A stretch of DNA of 64,000 nt from Paramoeba atlantica (lineage: Eukaryota; Protista; Discosea), in the NCBI GenBank assembly GCA_977017575.1, contig CDRNVI010000003.1, positions 124,001 to 188,000 of the forward strand. The letters run 5' to 3'. The position numbers were made by a program, and so were the translations under genes. Each line of letters opens with the position of its first letter. Position 1 is the stretch's first letter. The notes beneath the pieces were generated by a model. It was not told the DNA's origin. It searched no databases and saw only the letters and a list, made by a program, of their open reading frames with translations. Below, one piece after another: positions 20,594 through 31,715 of this stretch.

Positions 20594-21559
20594 TTATTGA
20601 TCCGTCTTAGCACTAATGCTCTCCGGAAGATTGCCCCATACAAAATTGCCGGTAAACACTAAAAGATTTTGTAGCTGAGTTGGGACACTGTGGATTTCAA
20701 ATTTTCCACAGAATTTGTTCCATCGGAGATCTAAAGTAATTAATCCTGAAGGAAGGCGCGTCAATTGTGGGACCCCATTTAACTTGTTTTGTGATACATC
20801 CATGAATTGAAGTGTCAGAGGCAACGATGAGAGATCCAATCGACCTTTAAGATTATTGTGACTTACATCAAGAACTGACAATTTACAAGATACCTCGCAT
20901 GTAACACACAGCTTATCAAAGAAATTGTACTGAGCTTTGATTTCTTCCAAGGCAAGGGGGATTTTTGATAGGTTCAAATCACCGCTAAGTTTATTGTGAT
21001 GGATGTATAAGTGAGTAAGAGTGATCGGAAGTTGATGCAAAATTAATCCCGAGGAAAATAGATTATGACTTATGTCGAAATAAGAAAGTGCAGACGGAAG
21101 CTCATTCAAGAGAACGGAACCTTCAAAACGGTTTCGACCCACGCGTAAAATTTTCAGACTCAGCGGAAGATCCGTGAACTCAAGAGATCCCGAAAATTCA
21201 TTTCCAAAAAGATTTAGATTTGTAAGTCCTGGAGGGAACAGGCGGGTGTCTATCGAGCCATGTAACTGGCAAGACGTAAGCACAAGAACAGTAAGACTAA
21301 GTGGAACGTGAGCCCAACTTAAATTTCCGCCCATGTTTAGATTGTTCCAAACGATGCTTGTTGGGACTCCGTGAACTGCGTTCAAGCCGTACCAATTATG
21401 TAGTGAATGTTCGGTGTCCCACGATGGATGAGGATTTCGTATTCCAGAAATTAAACCTTGTAATTCTTGTACAGGTGAGGAAAGCATTTTGCTAACTTTG
21501 CCAAGACGACGACGCTTATTTGGTCGTTCTTCGTCTTTTAGAGGCATAGCTAGAAACAT
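20594..21559 (-). CDS. Leucine-rich repeat protein (member 4)
   Basis: Leader DEERPNKRRRLGKV, NWYGL cap remnant, LRRs. Confidence 0.9.
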   Translation of the reverse strand: MFLAMPLKDEERPNKRRRLGKVSKMLSSPVQELQGLISGIRNPHPSWDTEHSLHNWYGLNAVHGVPTSIVWNNLNMGGNLSWAHVPLSLTVLVLTSCQLHGSIDTRLFPPGLTNLNLFGNEFSGSLEFTDLPLSLKILRVGRNRFEGSVLLNELPSALSYFDISHNLFSSGLILHQLPITLTHLYIHHNKLSGDLNLSKIPLALEEIKAQYNFFDKLCVTCEVSCKLSVLDVSHNNLKGRLDLSSLPLTLQFMDVSQNKLNGVPQLTRLPSGLITLDLRWNKFCGKFEIHSVPTQLQNLLVFTGNFVWGNLPESISAKTDQ

Positions 21560-21748
21560 TGTTAGAAGAATTCGTCAAATATCATTCTTTTCATGGCAAG
21601 TGTTTAAAGTTTAGACTCGCACACATTGGCGCCTCTTCATAGCGCCGAATTTCTTTGTTATTTTCTCTCCATTACCTAGCGTTTAATTTTACCCAATTCT
21701 ACTAAACACTACATGGGGAGGACAGTAATACAAAAAGAAACATGGAAG

Positions 21749-22459
21749 TTACAAATTCTCATTTTTTTGAGGATGGTATTTTAACCAACTTGGCAGGGAT
21801 TTCGGTATAGTTTCGCTAAAACAATTTCGACGAAGATCAATTGAGCATTTCGCGACATGGCGAATGTCTAGTATCCCAGAGAGAAAATTTCCTTGAAGCC
21901 ATAGTGTACTTAGGGATTCGGGGAGTTTCGACAGATCAATTGCACCGGAAAACTTGTTCAGACGGAGTGAAAGAAATCCTAGGGTGGGAGGCAAGTTTGT
22001 AAAGTCGAGAGAGCCATTAAGTTGCGTTTCTGAGATGACGTAGTGAGTCATTGTTCTGGGCATGCAACATAAGTCAAGGGTACCCACGAGTGGGTTTTTC
22101 GCTGAAATAAATTCGTTCATTTCTGAAGGAAGCTCGTCGAGTCCGTACACCTGTATCAGCTTGTTAAACGAGAGATTGATTCTGTTAGTGGTCAAAGGAA
22201 GGTGCTGAAGTGCAACGCTACCTCCAATGCCAAAATTAGACCAAGAAATCGTCGAAATTGTGTCGTTTACGCATTCAATACCTCTCCATTGACATACGTC
22301 GGGCTCGTTTTCCCAGCTTTGTACATTTTCTTCTCGTTCCAAATTTGCTATGACATGAATCATTCGATGATAGGGCGATAACACGGCGCTGCTAACTTTT
22401 CCGCGACGGGAAGCGGTTTGACAGATTTCGTCGTCTCGAAAATATATTTTGGCAATCAT
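21749..22459 (-). CDS. Leucine-rich repeat protein (member 5)
   Basis: Leader RDDE..SRRGKV, cap VCQWRGIEC, LRRs. Confidence 0.9.
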   Translation of the reverse strand: MIAKIYFRDDEICQTASRRGKVSSAVLSPYHRMIHVIANLEREENVQSWENEPDVCQWRGIECVNDTISTISWSNFGIGGSVALQHLPLTTNRINLSFNKLIQVYGLDELPSEMNEFISAKNPLVGTLDLCCMPRTMTHYVISETQLNGSLDFTNLPPTLGFLSLRLNKFSGAIDLSKLPESLSTLWLQGNFLSGILDIRHVAKCSIDLRRNCFSETIPKSLPSWLKYHPQKNENL

Positions 22460-22519
22460 GATTTCTTTAGCAAGTACGGAAACTAAAAAACATTTGAATG
22501 TTCAGATGGTTTTAACTTA

Positions 22520-23594
22520 CTGTGACCCCCCCACTTATAGTGCCGCGGTTTTCGACCAAACGGCACTATAAGTGGGGGGGGTAGTATGTTTCAGGTCGAG
22601 GGTGAAAATTTTTCCACCCCCAAAAAAAAAGCGTGCCGCTTCGCGGCGCTCATCTTTCTATTAAACCACTGTCCGGGTTAATATTCCTGGTAGGAATATT
22701 AAGAGGGTATAGGAATATTACGAGGTATAGGAATATAAAAAAAATAGCAGAAAAGGACCAAAATCTTTTTCGCGCCGCTTCGCGGCGCGGTCTTTGCTCT
22801 TGTGCTCGTTTTTGGCTCTTTAGGGATTGGGTGCGCGTTAGGCTTGCTATTTGGATGAAAAAAACATCCAAAAAAGGGAATATTGAAGGATGATTTTGGT
22901 GGATCTCAAGCAAAGACAGGGTAGGTGTCAGGGAGAGGGGGGGTAGGAATATTAAGCACCTTTAGGACATTTAATATTCCTGGTAGGAATAATACGAGGG
23001 TATAGGAATATTAACCCGGACAGTGGTTTAGTATCTTTCTAGTATATGGTTTTGAGTGTCTAAGCGCTGTAAATGGTGTTTATGCTCCAGTGCTGCGCAT
23101 GGGTAATCGCGTGATGGGATGTTCAGGGGGGATAGTACAATAATGCGCAAAAGAAGATGTCTGGATGAGTAATGTGTGGCACAACACGGTGAAATAATTC
23201 CATAAAGTACGTGACTCGATTTTAGAGATTCGAAAGAGAAATTTACAAACTGTAAACCCGAACGCCCCCTACTCATGGCGCGGTTACAGAGCAGGGCGAC
23301 ATTTCGCCTTCCCCGGACAGTATGGCCCAGCTCCTTGAAAGGGGCTCGCTGCGTACGCCTTGAGCTCCTTGAAAGGGGCCACGAGTGTGCGCTTTGTCCG
23401 GCGCCTCGTTTTCGTGAGAACCAGCAGTCATGGAATGGATGAAGGTAACTAATAATAAAGCCTCAAGGATTTCCATAAATGAAAATATTAGAAATTTACA
23501 CCATATTTACTCTACCTTTTTGGTAAAAAAAAATTCATTATTTTCTTTCGGACGTTTTTTTCAAAACGGCACTATAAATGGGGGGGGGGCACAG
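22520..23594. mobile_element. Non-autonomous Tc1/mariner-type element (TA TSD) with an internal short hairpin and a nested MITE
   Basis: TA|CTGTGACCCCCCCACTTATAGTGCCG ... CGGCACTATAAATGGGGGGGGGGCACAG|TA. Confidence 0.75.
22664..23028. mobile_element. Nested MITE with perfect 25-bp TIRs and TA TSD
   Basis: AACCACTGTCCGGGTTAATATTCCT at 22664-22688, exact reverse complement at 23004-23028; internal AGGAATATTA repeats. Confidence 0.85.
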
Positions 23595-23889
23595 TAATGT
23601 ATATTGTCATAGAAAGGGAATGTAGAATTATGCGTACTAGGACATTTTAACCTTGTTTTCCCAGAAGTTCATTTTCCAGAAAAAAAGTTTCATTTGACGT
23701 TTTCAACCCTATCCGGGCTAGGGTCACCTTATAAAAGGATCACCATTTCAAATGTGAAGAACCACGGGAAACAATGAATTTCCGCCAGAGGGATTAGTGA
23801 GAACTCTCGAATGCGCCAGTGTGAATTGTTTTTTAATCCCAAATTGGCCAAGCTGTATATAATCTCGTTTATAGAATTCGTGCAAAAGC

Positions 23890-24567
23890 TTATTTTGCCC
23901 TCCCTCTCACATTAAGCATTTGCGGCGAAATACATGTTTGACATTTAGGACACTTTTGCCTTGTTTTGAGCGCACTGCTGCCTGAAGTATGCTGGGAAGA
24001 TCGAAGAAACAATTTTTTTGACTTTTCGTTTGAACCGTAGCCAGAATCGCGAATTTGTTTAGGAAACATTTCGTGCACGTATCCACATTTAATACAATGG
24101 TAGAGTTGCTTCGAACTGATGTGGCGCAGTTTGTTTTGTTGAGCTATACGATGTACTGTAGATAGAGCATTCTCTCCATCGATATCTTCCTCCCTAGATG
24201 GACTACGAAACTGTATGTTAGAATTCATACTAGCATCGTCGGGAAGGATACGGAAAGACAAAGGAGTTCGAGTTCCTACATTCTTATCTTTCTCAGACCG
24301 GGAAAGAATTTCGTGAACCCATGAGAACGCACTGATAGGAGATTTTGCGCGAAAGTCATATTGTGAGCAGAATCTAGAATTCGTTCCCGAATTCGAGCTT
24401 TGCTGCGACGCGGATCCAGTAGATTTTTGTACTAGGGCAATTTGCTTGGGAAAATGCTCAAAACGGCGCGCCCAATTTACGTTATTAATATTGCGTGGCC
24501 TCTTTTTCAATACGGAAATGCGCTTGTTTTGATACAATTTTGGTAAATGAGATGGACCAAAACGCAT
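23890..24567 (-). CDS. Hypothetical basic protein with a C-terminal CxxC...CxxC zinc ribbon
   Basis: 225-aa ORF on the cluster strand; HCIKCG ... KCPKCQ. Confidence 0.55.
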   Translation of the reverse strand: MRFGPSHLPKLYQNKRISVLKKRPRNINNVNWARRFEHFPKQIALVQKSTGSASQQSSNSGTNSRFCSQYDFRAKSPISAFSWVHEILSRSEKDKNVGTRTPLSFRILPDDASMNSNIQFRSPSREEDIDGENALSTVHRIAQQNKLRHISSKQLYHCIKCGYVHEMFPKQIRDSGYGSNEKSKKLFLRSSQHTSGSSALKTRQKCPKCQTCISPQMLNVRGRAK

Positions 24568-24825
24568 TAAGGATACACTGTGAACATTTAGAATACATTA
24601 CAGCGCATGGATGATACACAATAATTTATTTACGTTTATGAAAAATAGATTAGAAGAAAAATGTTACGAACTCAATAGGAGAACAGAATACCGAGAAAAT
24701 ACTGTAGGAATGCAATTCACAAAACTGTTGCGTGCGCAAACCCCTAGTACACTTATTATTGAGGGAGACATAAGGAAGAAGGTAGGAGGATTTAGCCCCC
24801 CAGATTTAGCTGCACCCCCTGTATA

Positions 24826-25321
24826 TACAGTGGCGCGTGAGAGAGTAAGAGCAGTGCCACGTAAGGCAGTGACTGCATTGTAGCTAGAGTGGGTTAAATT
24901 CAAGCAAACTCAGCCTTTTTCAATTTCTAAAAACAAACTGTTTTTTTTATAGCATTCTTTCCGAATTTGTTTCCCGTTAATCCATACGGCTTTAATAGCT
25001 ACTGCTTCCTCAACTTTGGGAGCAATGTAGTGGAAGTTAGATCGGGAACGATTTCAATGGAAATTTGATTTTAACCACTGCACACAACCGTCCTCGGTCC
25101 ACAGAGAAACCTTGCTCAAAGTGAGCTCTTTTTGACAGGAAAATCGAGCACACCCCACACAAGGCATTATAAAATACCAAAAATACTGAAGCAAAGCAAG
25201 ATTCATGATGAGATTTCGCTTTTGCGGTTGTCGAAAATAAAAAAGGTCAAATTTGCTTTAATTTTACCCTACAGTAGCACGTGAGAGAGTAAGAGTACTG
25301 CCACGTGAGGTAGTGACTGCA
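24826..25321 (+). repeat. Pair of 52-bp direct repeats (24826-24877 and 25270-25321)
   Basis: 46/52 identical; both begin TACAGT; a partial third copy lies at about 25338. Confidence 0.75.
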
Positions 25322-25706
25322 GTGATACAGTGTAGCTGCAGTAGCACGTGAGATAGTACGAGAATTCAGCAGACGCGTTGCTATGCAATAGGCTGGGAAA
25401 TAGTTAACTAGGAAAGTAAGAAGTGTCGGACCAGCTGGCCATGTATTTTTGCCTTGGTTATGAGTGGGAAGAATACAGTTTCCTACTTGGACGTACGGCA
25501 GACATCTAAATTAATGGTCAAAGGCGTTTCAGGAGTGCAGGAAGACGAAACAGAGATCGATAGAGAAATATCAGATAATGAAGGACTCTCTGATGTGATT
25601 GCAGGGGAGGATGGATCTACTTAAATGCGCAGTAAGGCTCTGGACTATTACTTTCGAGGCACAGAACTTGAGTTCTTAAAGTTTTACCTTTACGACGCCA
25701 CTACTA

Positions 25707-26001
25707 CCGTATACCCCCCCAGTAATAGACCCCCCCCCCCAGTATAACAGAGATTTGACCATTTTTGGGCCGACCCCCAGTAACAGAGATTTGGTTCGGG
25801 AGGGTGGTTGGAGGGGAGAGGGGGTGTTTGAGCGGGTGGGGATCGCTGGGCTGGGTGAGGGTGGTTGCGCGGTTGTCTGGACAGAAAATCAACGCACCCA
25901 TGAACAAAAAAGGTCTTTTCCCACGAAAAAAGCATACCCCCCCAGTAACAGAGATTTGGCCATTTTGACCCAAAATCGATTCTATTACTGGGGGTATACG
26001 G
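25707..26001. mobile_element. MITE with CCGTATACCCCC termini (pogo/Tc2-like ends), TA TSD
   Basis: TA|CCGTATACCCCCCCAGTAATAGA ... TCTATTACTGGGGGTATACGG|TA; internal CAGTA(T)AACAGAGATTTG repeats x3. Confidence 0.85.
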
Positions 26002-26150
26002 TACGAGAGTAGTATTACGAGAGTTCACATATCATTAGTGAAAACAATTGACAAAACCAAGAAAGGGAGATCAAGAAACACTACATTTGCTTTCAAGAAA
26101 GGACATCCGCTGATTGAAACGTTTACTCAGAGAATACGGAGGAAATATGT

Positions 26151-28212
26151 GAGGGGCTGCGGGTGGTGCCGTGCGAAACCGTGCCGAAGCCGCGCGAAAC
26201 CGTGCCGAAACCGCGCGAAACGGCGGTTTACATTTGACCCTCCGAGGCCTCGGTGGATAGTAGCTTGCAGAATAAATACTTGCTTTTTTATTTTTTCAAG
26301 GCGTTTAGGATATGAGTGGAAGTGCAATAATACATGTGTAATGTGTTGCAAATGATTTTTTTCGAACTACTGGATTCAACTTATTTATCTTTCTCCAGCT
26401 AAGATCCTTATTTATCTTTCTCTAGCAGCTCCTAGAGCGTGCACTTCTCCACATCATTGATCGCCGTGGACATCTTTTGCAAGATGTTCGATCGCGCGCG
26501 ATCTACTTTGTGGAAGAGGCAGGTCAAGATCTTGGGTCGTTCCTTGAACAAAACCCTTTGTTTGCTCCGCGGCGTTCAAGCGAAGTTGATGACTTTGTGG
26601 AAAGTCTTTGGCGTTCTGTTTCCGGAAAACGCTCGCGTTGTTGTGCAAACTGGCGTCTCCAGCGGAAAAACACTAACATCCGTTCCCAGGAGGAGCGTTC
26701 TGTCGTAGAAGCGCCAGGACGTTCCGAGACTCCATCCGGCACATACTACCGGGCGGAAAGCATTCAAACCTCTGATCGAATTGTCTCATTTCCACGTCTT
26801 TAATAAGTGAAGTGATGAAGTTAAGTTGATAAGTGTTAAGTAAGCGAAGTAAGTCCATTGAGTTAAGTTCTCATCTCTTCCGATTCTAGAAGTATAAATT
26901 TACCTAGTATAAATTTAATTCTAAGGAATATTTAATAAATTCAATAATAAATTTGTTTTATCGTGTCTTTATTTTTCTTTTCTTCATTTCACTCTTTCTG
27001 AATATGTTTGGCATCTGGGCGGTACAGGTACGGGAGTTCTATAACGAGCTCAAGCGAGTACATGGTTCCGATGTCACAGAGACTGATTACCGTCGTGTTC
27101 AGTCTTCTTTATGCATCTATGCTCTCAACTGCACGTGGGAACAGCTATACGAAGTTCAGAGAACCTGGCTCCCGTCAGACACCCCTTCAGTTTCTATCCG
27201 GACTCTCCGACAAGATTTCGCTCGTGTCGCACAGCTGTGCCGCTCACTCAACCTCATGGACCCCAACCTTCGTTTTACTCAAGCAATCGCCTGTCTCCCT
27301 GATGTTACTTGCATGCTCGACGTCACGACAATTCCGTGTCGTGCACGAAATCCAAAAGAAGTACGGGACAGGACATTGGGAGAACTCTGTTCCCGAGACA
27401 GCACCTACTCTGGCAAGCATCGCCAGCACAAGGATGAACTTTTTTTGGCTGATTTAGGGTACATTGGTTGTGCACACTGCCTTGTACCCTATAAAAAAAT
27501 TGGCCGTGGTCTGACCAAATCGCAAAAGCAGCTTAACCAAAGAATTTCATTGATTCGGTCTCGAATTGAGCGATGTTTTGCTCATTTTGACAGGTTTCGT
27601 TTTTTTCATGGTACTGACCATGATATTCCTTGGGTCCGAGACGCCCTTCAAATTGTATCTGTAGTAACGTACGGTCTGCTGGCTAACAAGCCGCAGTACG
27701 ATTTTGATTCTATGATATATTCAAGTTTAAAACCTAAAAGTGATGAGGATGAGTGTTTGTGTAGTAAAGGGTGCGGTATAGTTGAGTGTACAAAAGCCCG
27801 CAGAGACTGGCTTAAGGAGCATATCCATAACGTGGCGTACGACCCTAAAAAACCGGGTAAGTGCGCCAAGTCATAATGTTCACGTTTTCTAGATTACCGC
27901 ACTACCGATATTTCATAAAAAAAAGTATGAATCTTGGTTAGAACATAAAAAATGTACACATATTTGCTTTTGATTATCCTTTGATCCAATACAATCTTAA
28001 CTCAGATTTTTTCTACGCGATTGTTGAAATATGACGCAAGGAAGATTGGCCGAGACCGCACTGAGGCCGCACCGATACATCCCACCTTTATGTAGAGAAG
28101 GCGTTCGGATCTCTCCGAAACCGCGCGAAACCGCGGCGAAACCGCACGAAACCGCGGCGAAACCGTACCGAAACCGCGCGAAACCGTGCTGACACAGCAC
28201 CCGCAGCCCCTC
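26151..28212 (+). mobile_element. PIF/Harbinger-ISL2EU-like (PHIS) DNA transposon, internally deleted
   Basis: TIRs GAGGGGCTGCGGGTG(G/C)TG, flanked on both sides by ATGT; subterminal GAAACCGCGC arrays at about 26171-26222 and 28117-28187; encodes a DDE_Tnp_4-like ORF. Confidence 0.8.
27004..27876 (+). pseudogene. DDE_Tnp_4 (PIF/Harbinger/IS5-like) transposase with an internal deletion
   Basis: CMLDVTTIP, YSGKH, LADLGYIG, NQRISLIRSRIERCFAHF. Only ~8 aa separate YSGKH from LADxGY, much shorter than in typical intact enzymes. Confidence 0.75.
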
Positions 28213-28451
28213 ATGTTATCCCATCTCCAGGATACCTGTATACCTGTATACCACACTGGTCACACCTCCGGGATGTCGCTACAGATTGCGATCATTCTAG
28301 AACTGTTTTAGCAGAAAAACACGCGAAATATTTTTCTTCCCTTATGCATACCTTCTCAAAAGATAAGAAAATATCATATAGGCCAAGGGACTGTAAAGCA
28401 GAGGTCCAGTGGAAAGAGTATTTGAAGGTACTCAAGGAGTGTAGTGAGTGA

Positions 28452-28895
28452 AAAAAACGTGGAAGGAACGGAATTCGTTCTAAAGCAAACAGAAAATCAT
28501 ACAGGATTGTCAGAAGGATACAAAGCCTTCTATACGGAGGTCCAGGGTATGGTAAAAGTGAAACCAGCCGGTGCTTTATGGAAGCCAAGAACGCTTTCCG
28601 CCCAAGATCCGTACTTGCCTTCGGATACTCGGGGGCTTGCGCTGTCAACATTAATGGGGAGACCATACATTCTGGATTCTGTTTCCCAGCAGCGTGGAGT
28701 AAAAAGAGTAAGAGCGCTTTCCTAGATTATCTAACCCCTCAGAGGCTGAAAAATTTAAAAGAAAAATTCAACGACGTGGATACCGTTTTGATCGACGAGG
28801 CATCATGTGTGTCAGCTAAGACTTTGCGGCAAATTCATCAAAGACTTTGTGCAGTTTCTGTTCCCGGTAAGGCCCAGGAGTTGCGTTATACGTAG
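28452..28895 (+). pseudogene. Pif1-family helicase fragment
   Basis: The open frame upstream of ATG 28578 gives LLYGGPGYGKS (Walker A), then AFGYSGACAVNINGETIHS (motif Ia/Ib) and VLIDEASCVSAKTLRQIHQRL (motif II); truncated before motif III. Confidence 0.8.
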
Positions 28896-28996
28896 TATGT
28901 CCTTCATTACAGAGGTTGCAGCCCTTGAGCGTCACATGGTACACTCCTTTAGTGCGGTTTCTTTAATTGAAATTGTTAGGCAAACTGCATGAAGTA

Positions 28997-29086
28997 CGGA
29001 CCTTCGTACTAAGTACGGATAGTACGGTACTTAGAACGTACTAGTACGAAATACGGGGTCCGTACTACGTTTAGTACGAAGTACCG
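28997..29086. mobile_element. 90-bp GTAC-rich micro-MITE, TA TSD
   Basis: TA|CGGACCTTCGTACTAA ... TTAGTACGAAGTACCG|TA (14/16 TIR); about 11 GTAC tetramers in ~100 bp. Confidence 0.65.
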
Positions 29087-29231
29087 TACAGGGGAGATGT
29101 ATGACTTTCGAAAAACAAAATTTTTAAAATTTCAAAAAAGCGCGTATGCCCCCCCTCCATGGACCCCCCATTTTTTTAATTTGTTTTTCAAATTTGGACC
29201 ACCGGGGCCCCCTTTTATATTTTTTTCTTCT

Positions 29232-29640
29232 GAACCCCGCCCAACGAATAAGTCACCCTCCCACTTTTTTTTACACGTGATATCGAGATCCGCACGTTCG
29301 CGCTATTTCTAGCTCATTTTAAGCTTGTTAAAAAATTAAAAAAAGTCTTGTAATGGTTCTTCGAAAAAATGACCAAATCCGCATACTGACTGCCAAAAGG
29401 GGGGTTACGAATAGCGGGAAGGTTCTCTTGAGGATGCGACACGGTCAGGGAGTCTCAAAAAAGCAATTGTCCCTCGATTTTAATGTTTCCTCACTCCTCT
29501 TTGAAGGTAAGAGATAAATTGTTGGAAATGAGAGTGAATGTTCTGGGCGACACATGGCCTTCCACGTGGCCGCCAAATAGCCCTGATTTAGGGGGCTGAA
29601 ACCAGTAAAATGCAAACCCAGGCAAACACAGTCAGGTCCC
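29232..29640 (+). mobile_element. Truncated Tc1-family relic related to 19417-20369
   Basis: Left end resembles the 19417 TIR; GAGATCCGCACGTTCGCGCT is similar to 19506-19525; WPPNSPDL is encoded at 29567-29590. Confidence 0.6.
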
Positions 29641-30084
29641 AAGAGAAACCAATGGCAAAGGTACTTGGCGTTTTTTTTGGCTATGGAGTTCGCTGGCGAA
29701 TCCGGGTGGGGGGTCTAGGGGACTCCAGGGGGATATATGGAAGGTATAGGGGGGGCGAAGCCGGGTCCAGGTTGGGGGCGCAGGAGGATGCATGGAGTGT
29801 GTAGGGAGCGAGTACCCTGTAATGGGGTGTTTCTCCTGGGGAACCCAGCCCTCTCAGATGTAGAGTCACTGGACCTGACGACTTGGCTAATCAGACCCTC
29901 TGGAGAAAATGAAAATCAACAGTATCCCTTTCATCGACCATACCCCCCCTTTTTCGGGATTTTATCACCCGTCTCGGTTCACCATAAAGACGAAGAGGCA
30001 GAGGTTGTAAAGAACCCCCGCAATATTTTGTATTATTTTCACTGTTTTTGTTCACTTTTTCAATCGAGGGTAGAGCGGTAGTTA

Positions 30085-30770
30085 CACCCCTGTCGAGCTT
30101 CATCTACCCCCTCCCTTACAGGTCCTGTATTTTGTTCGACTTTGGAGATATTTGGTATGGGACTGTTTTTCGACCCAATCGTCTCGAATCAGCTGTCCTT
30201 TTCCCTCGAGCGACCTTTTTTCTTCCAAGACCTTAAAAGTTTCGTCGAAAAACCCGTTTTTCGTTTGTCCACCCTAAAAAAAGCCATTTTTTTACATTTT
30301 TTTCTTAATGGTCAAGAGATATCGGAATTCTCTCTCCCAAATCAGCGCATTGCACCGGAAAGGCGATCACTGATCATAGCAAGGTACAAAGAACCAAAAT
30401 CCCTAACCTAAGAATAGACGCGAATTACACGACGTTATCATTAAAACATTCGACCTTTTAACAGGAGAACATGTTGACAAATTAAGAAATCCTTTTAAAA
30501 ACTATCGCAAACGACTTCAATTCGTGATAGAAAAGAAAGGGTATTAATAATATCCAATATAATCCAATATAATACCGTAGTCAAAACTTTTATCGTGAAT
30601 AATCAATGGATGAATCCCAACATAAAACAAATGTACATGTAATACAAACATTGAGCCGTTATAAAATATTTCTAATTATATAGACAACTCCAATTAATAT
30701 ACCAGATATTTCCAAAATCGAACAAAATACAAGACCTGTAGGGGGGGGTAAATGAAGCTGTACAGGGGTG
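30085..30770 (+). mobile_element. Internally deleted Tc1-like element, copy 1 (long TIRs, TA TSD)
   Basis: TA|CACCCCTG..AGCTTCAT.TACCCC..TACAGGTC.TGTATTTTGTTCGA ... CAGGGGTG|TA; encodes the HTH start NQRIAPERRSLIIARYKEPKSL; homologous to 41303-42021. Confidence 0.85.
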
Positions 30771-30814
30771 TATACAACCAGCGCAAACACATACAACCAC
30801 TGCAAATACATGTA

Positions 30815-31143
30815 CTGTACCCCCCCTGTTTATAATAGCCTCGACTCCTCCACCCTTTATAGGTTCTTTTTTTTTGGCAAACCGAGGAAGAGTTTTTAAA
30901 GTTTCTTCCACCGTCTTAAATATTTTGATAATGTATTTTCACATGGTGCTTCGAAGTATGCGCGGGTTCGTGCTGGACATTTTACTTTAGGAGAGCGCCG
31001 GGGACCACTTAAAGGCGATAGGATAATTCCTGGTCCCTCGCTCTCAAATGTAGGGCGATTTCTGTGCCAACTTTTAATCGCCCTCCCCCATTTATAGGTT
31101 TATTTGGGCAAAAGGGAGGGTATTATAAACAGAGGGGGTACAG
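30815..31143. mobile_element. MITE with 23-bp TIRs and TA TSD
   Basis: TA|CTGTACCCCCCCTGTTTATAATA ... TATTATAAACAGAGGGGGTACAG|TA (22/23). Confidence 0.85.
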
Positions 31144-31715
31144 TACTATATTATTATGTAGGAAACAAGATCATTCGCACGTTTCCCAGATCTGACACAA
31201 ACCACAGAGGCGTTGACAGACCAGTTTAGCATGCGATTTATCATACACACAGTGATCGCAAAAATTTGTGAAAAGTTTGTTGCGTAATTTTTCGAATTAC
31301 ACTTAATTTTGATCAACTTACATTTTATTCTTGGACAAGAAATACACATTCCAATATTGCTTTGAAGAACTAGATTGCCTCTGTCTTAGATCATTTCCAT
31401 AAGCGAAATATCTGTCAATAATTGATAGATTGGGAAGATCTGATAATTGTCAATTGGGAATTAAAAATGATACCTGCTTCACCAAAAAGAGTAATGGCTT
31501 CATTATATTCATCGGAGATCACTTCTAGCAAAGCACTTTTCGGACTCTTAAGTAGGGAAGAGTATCTCTTCACTGATGATTTCTTAAGAAAAGTGTGAGG
31601 AACAAAAGCAGAAAAATCTATAATATGGATGCGATTCCACACAAATTTGTACATCAAACGCATTAGTTGTTCTCCACTCACAAATTTGAACCCAACCAGA
31701 GGGCTACCGCATTTT

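Noticed and set aside
25469-25490. SL-like AAGAATACAGTTTCCTACTTGG
   Set aside because: Needs several gaps; comparable chance matches occur inside coding sequence (52613-52625).
25690-26028. Small ORFs of 67-112 aa
   Set aside because: Lie within a MITE; products of its internal repeats.
28895-29100. Helitron 3' hairpin + CTRR terminus for the Pif1 fragment
   Set aside because: The palindromic block is better explained as a TA-flanked micro-MITE; no clear CTRR end.
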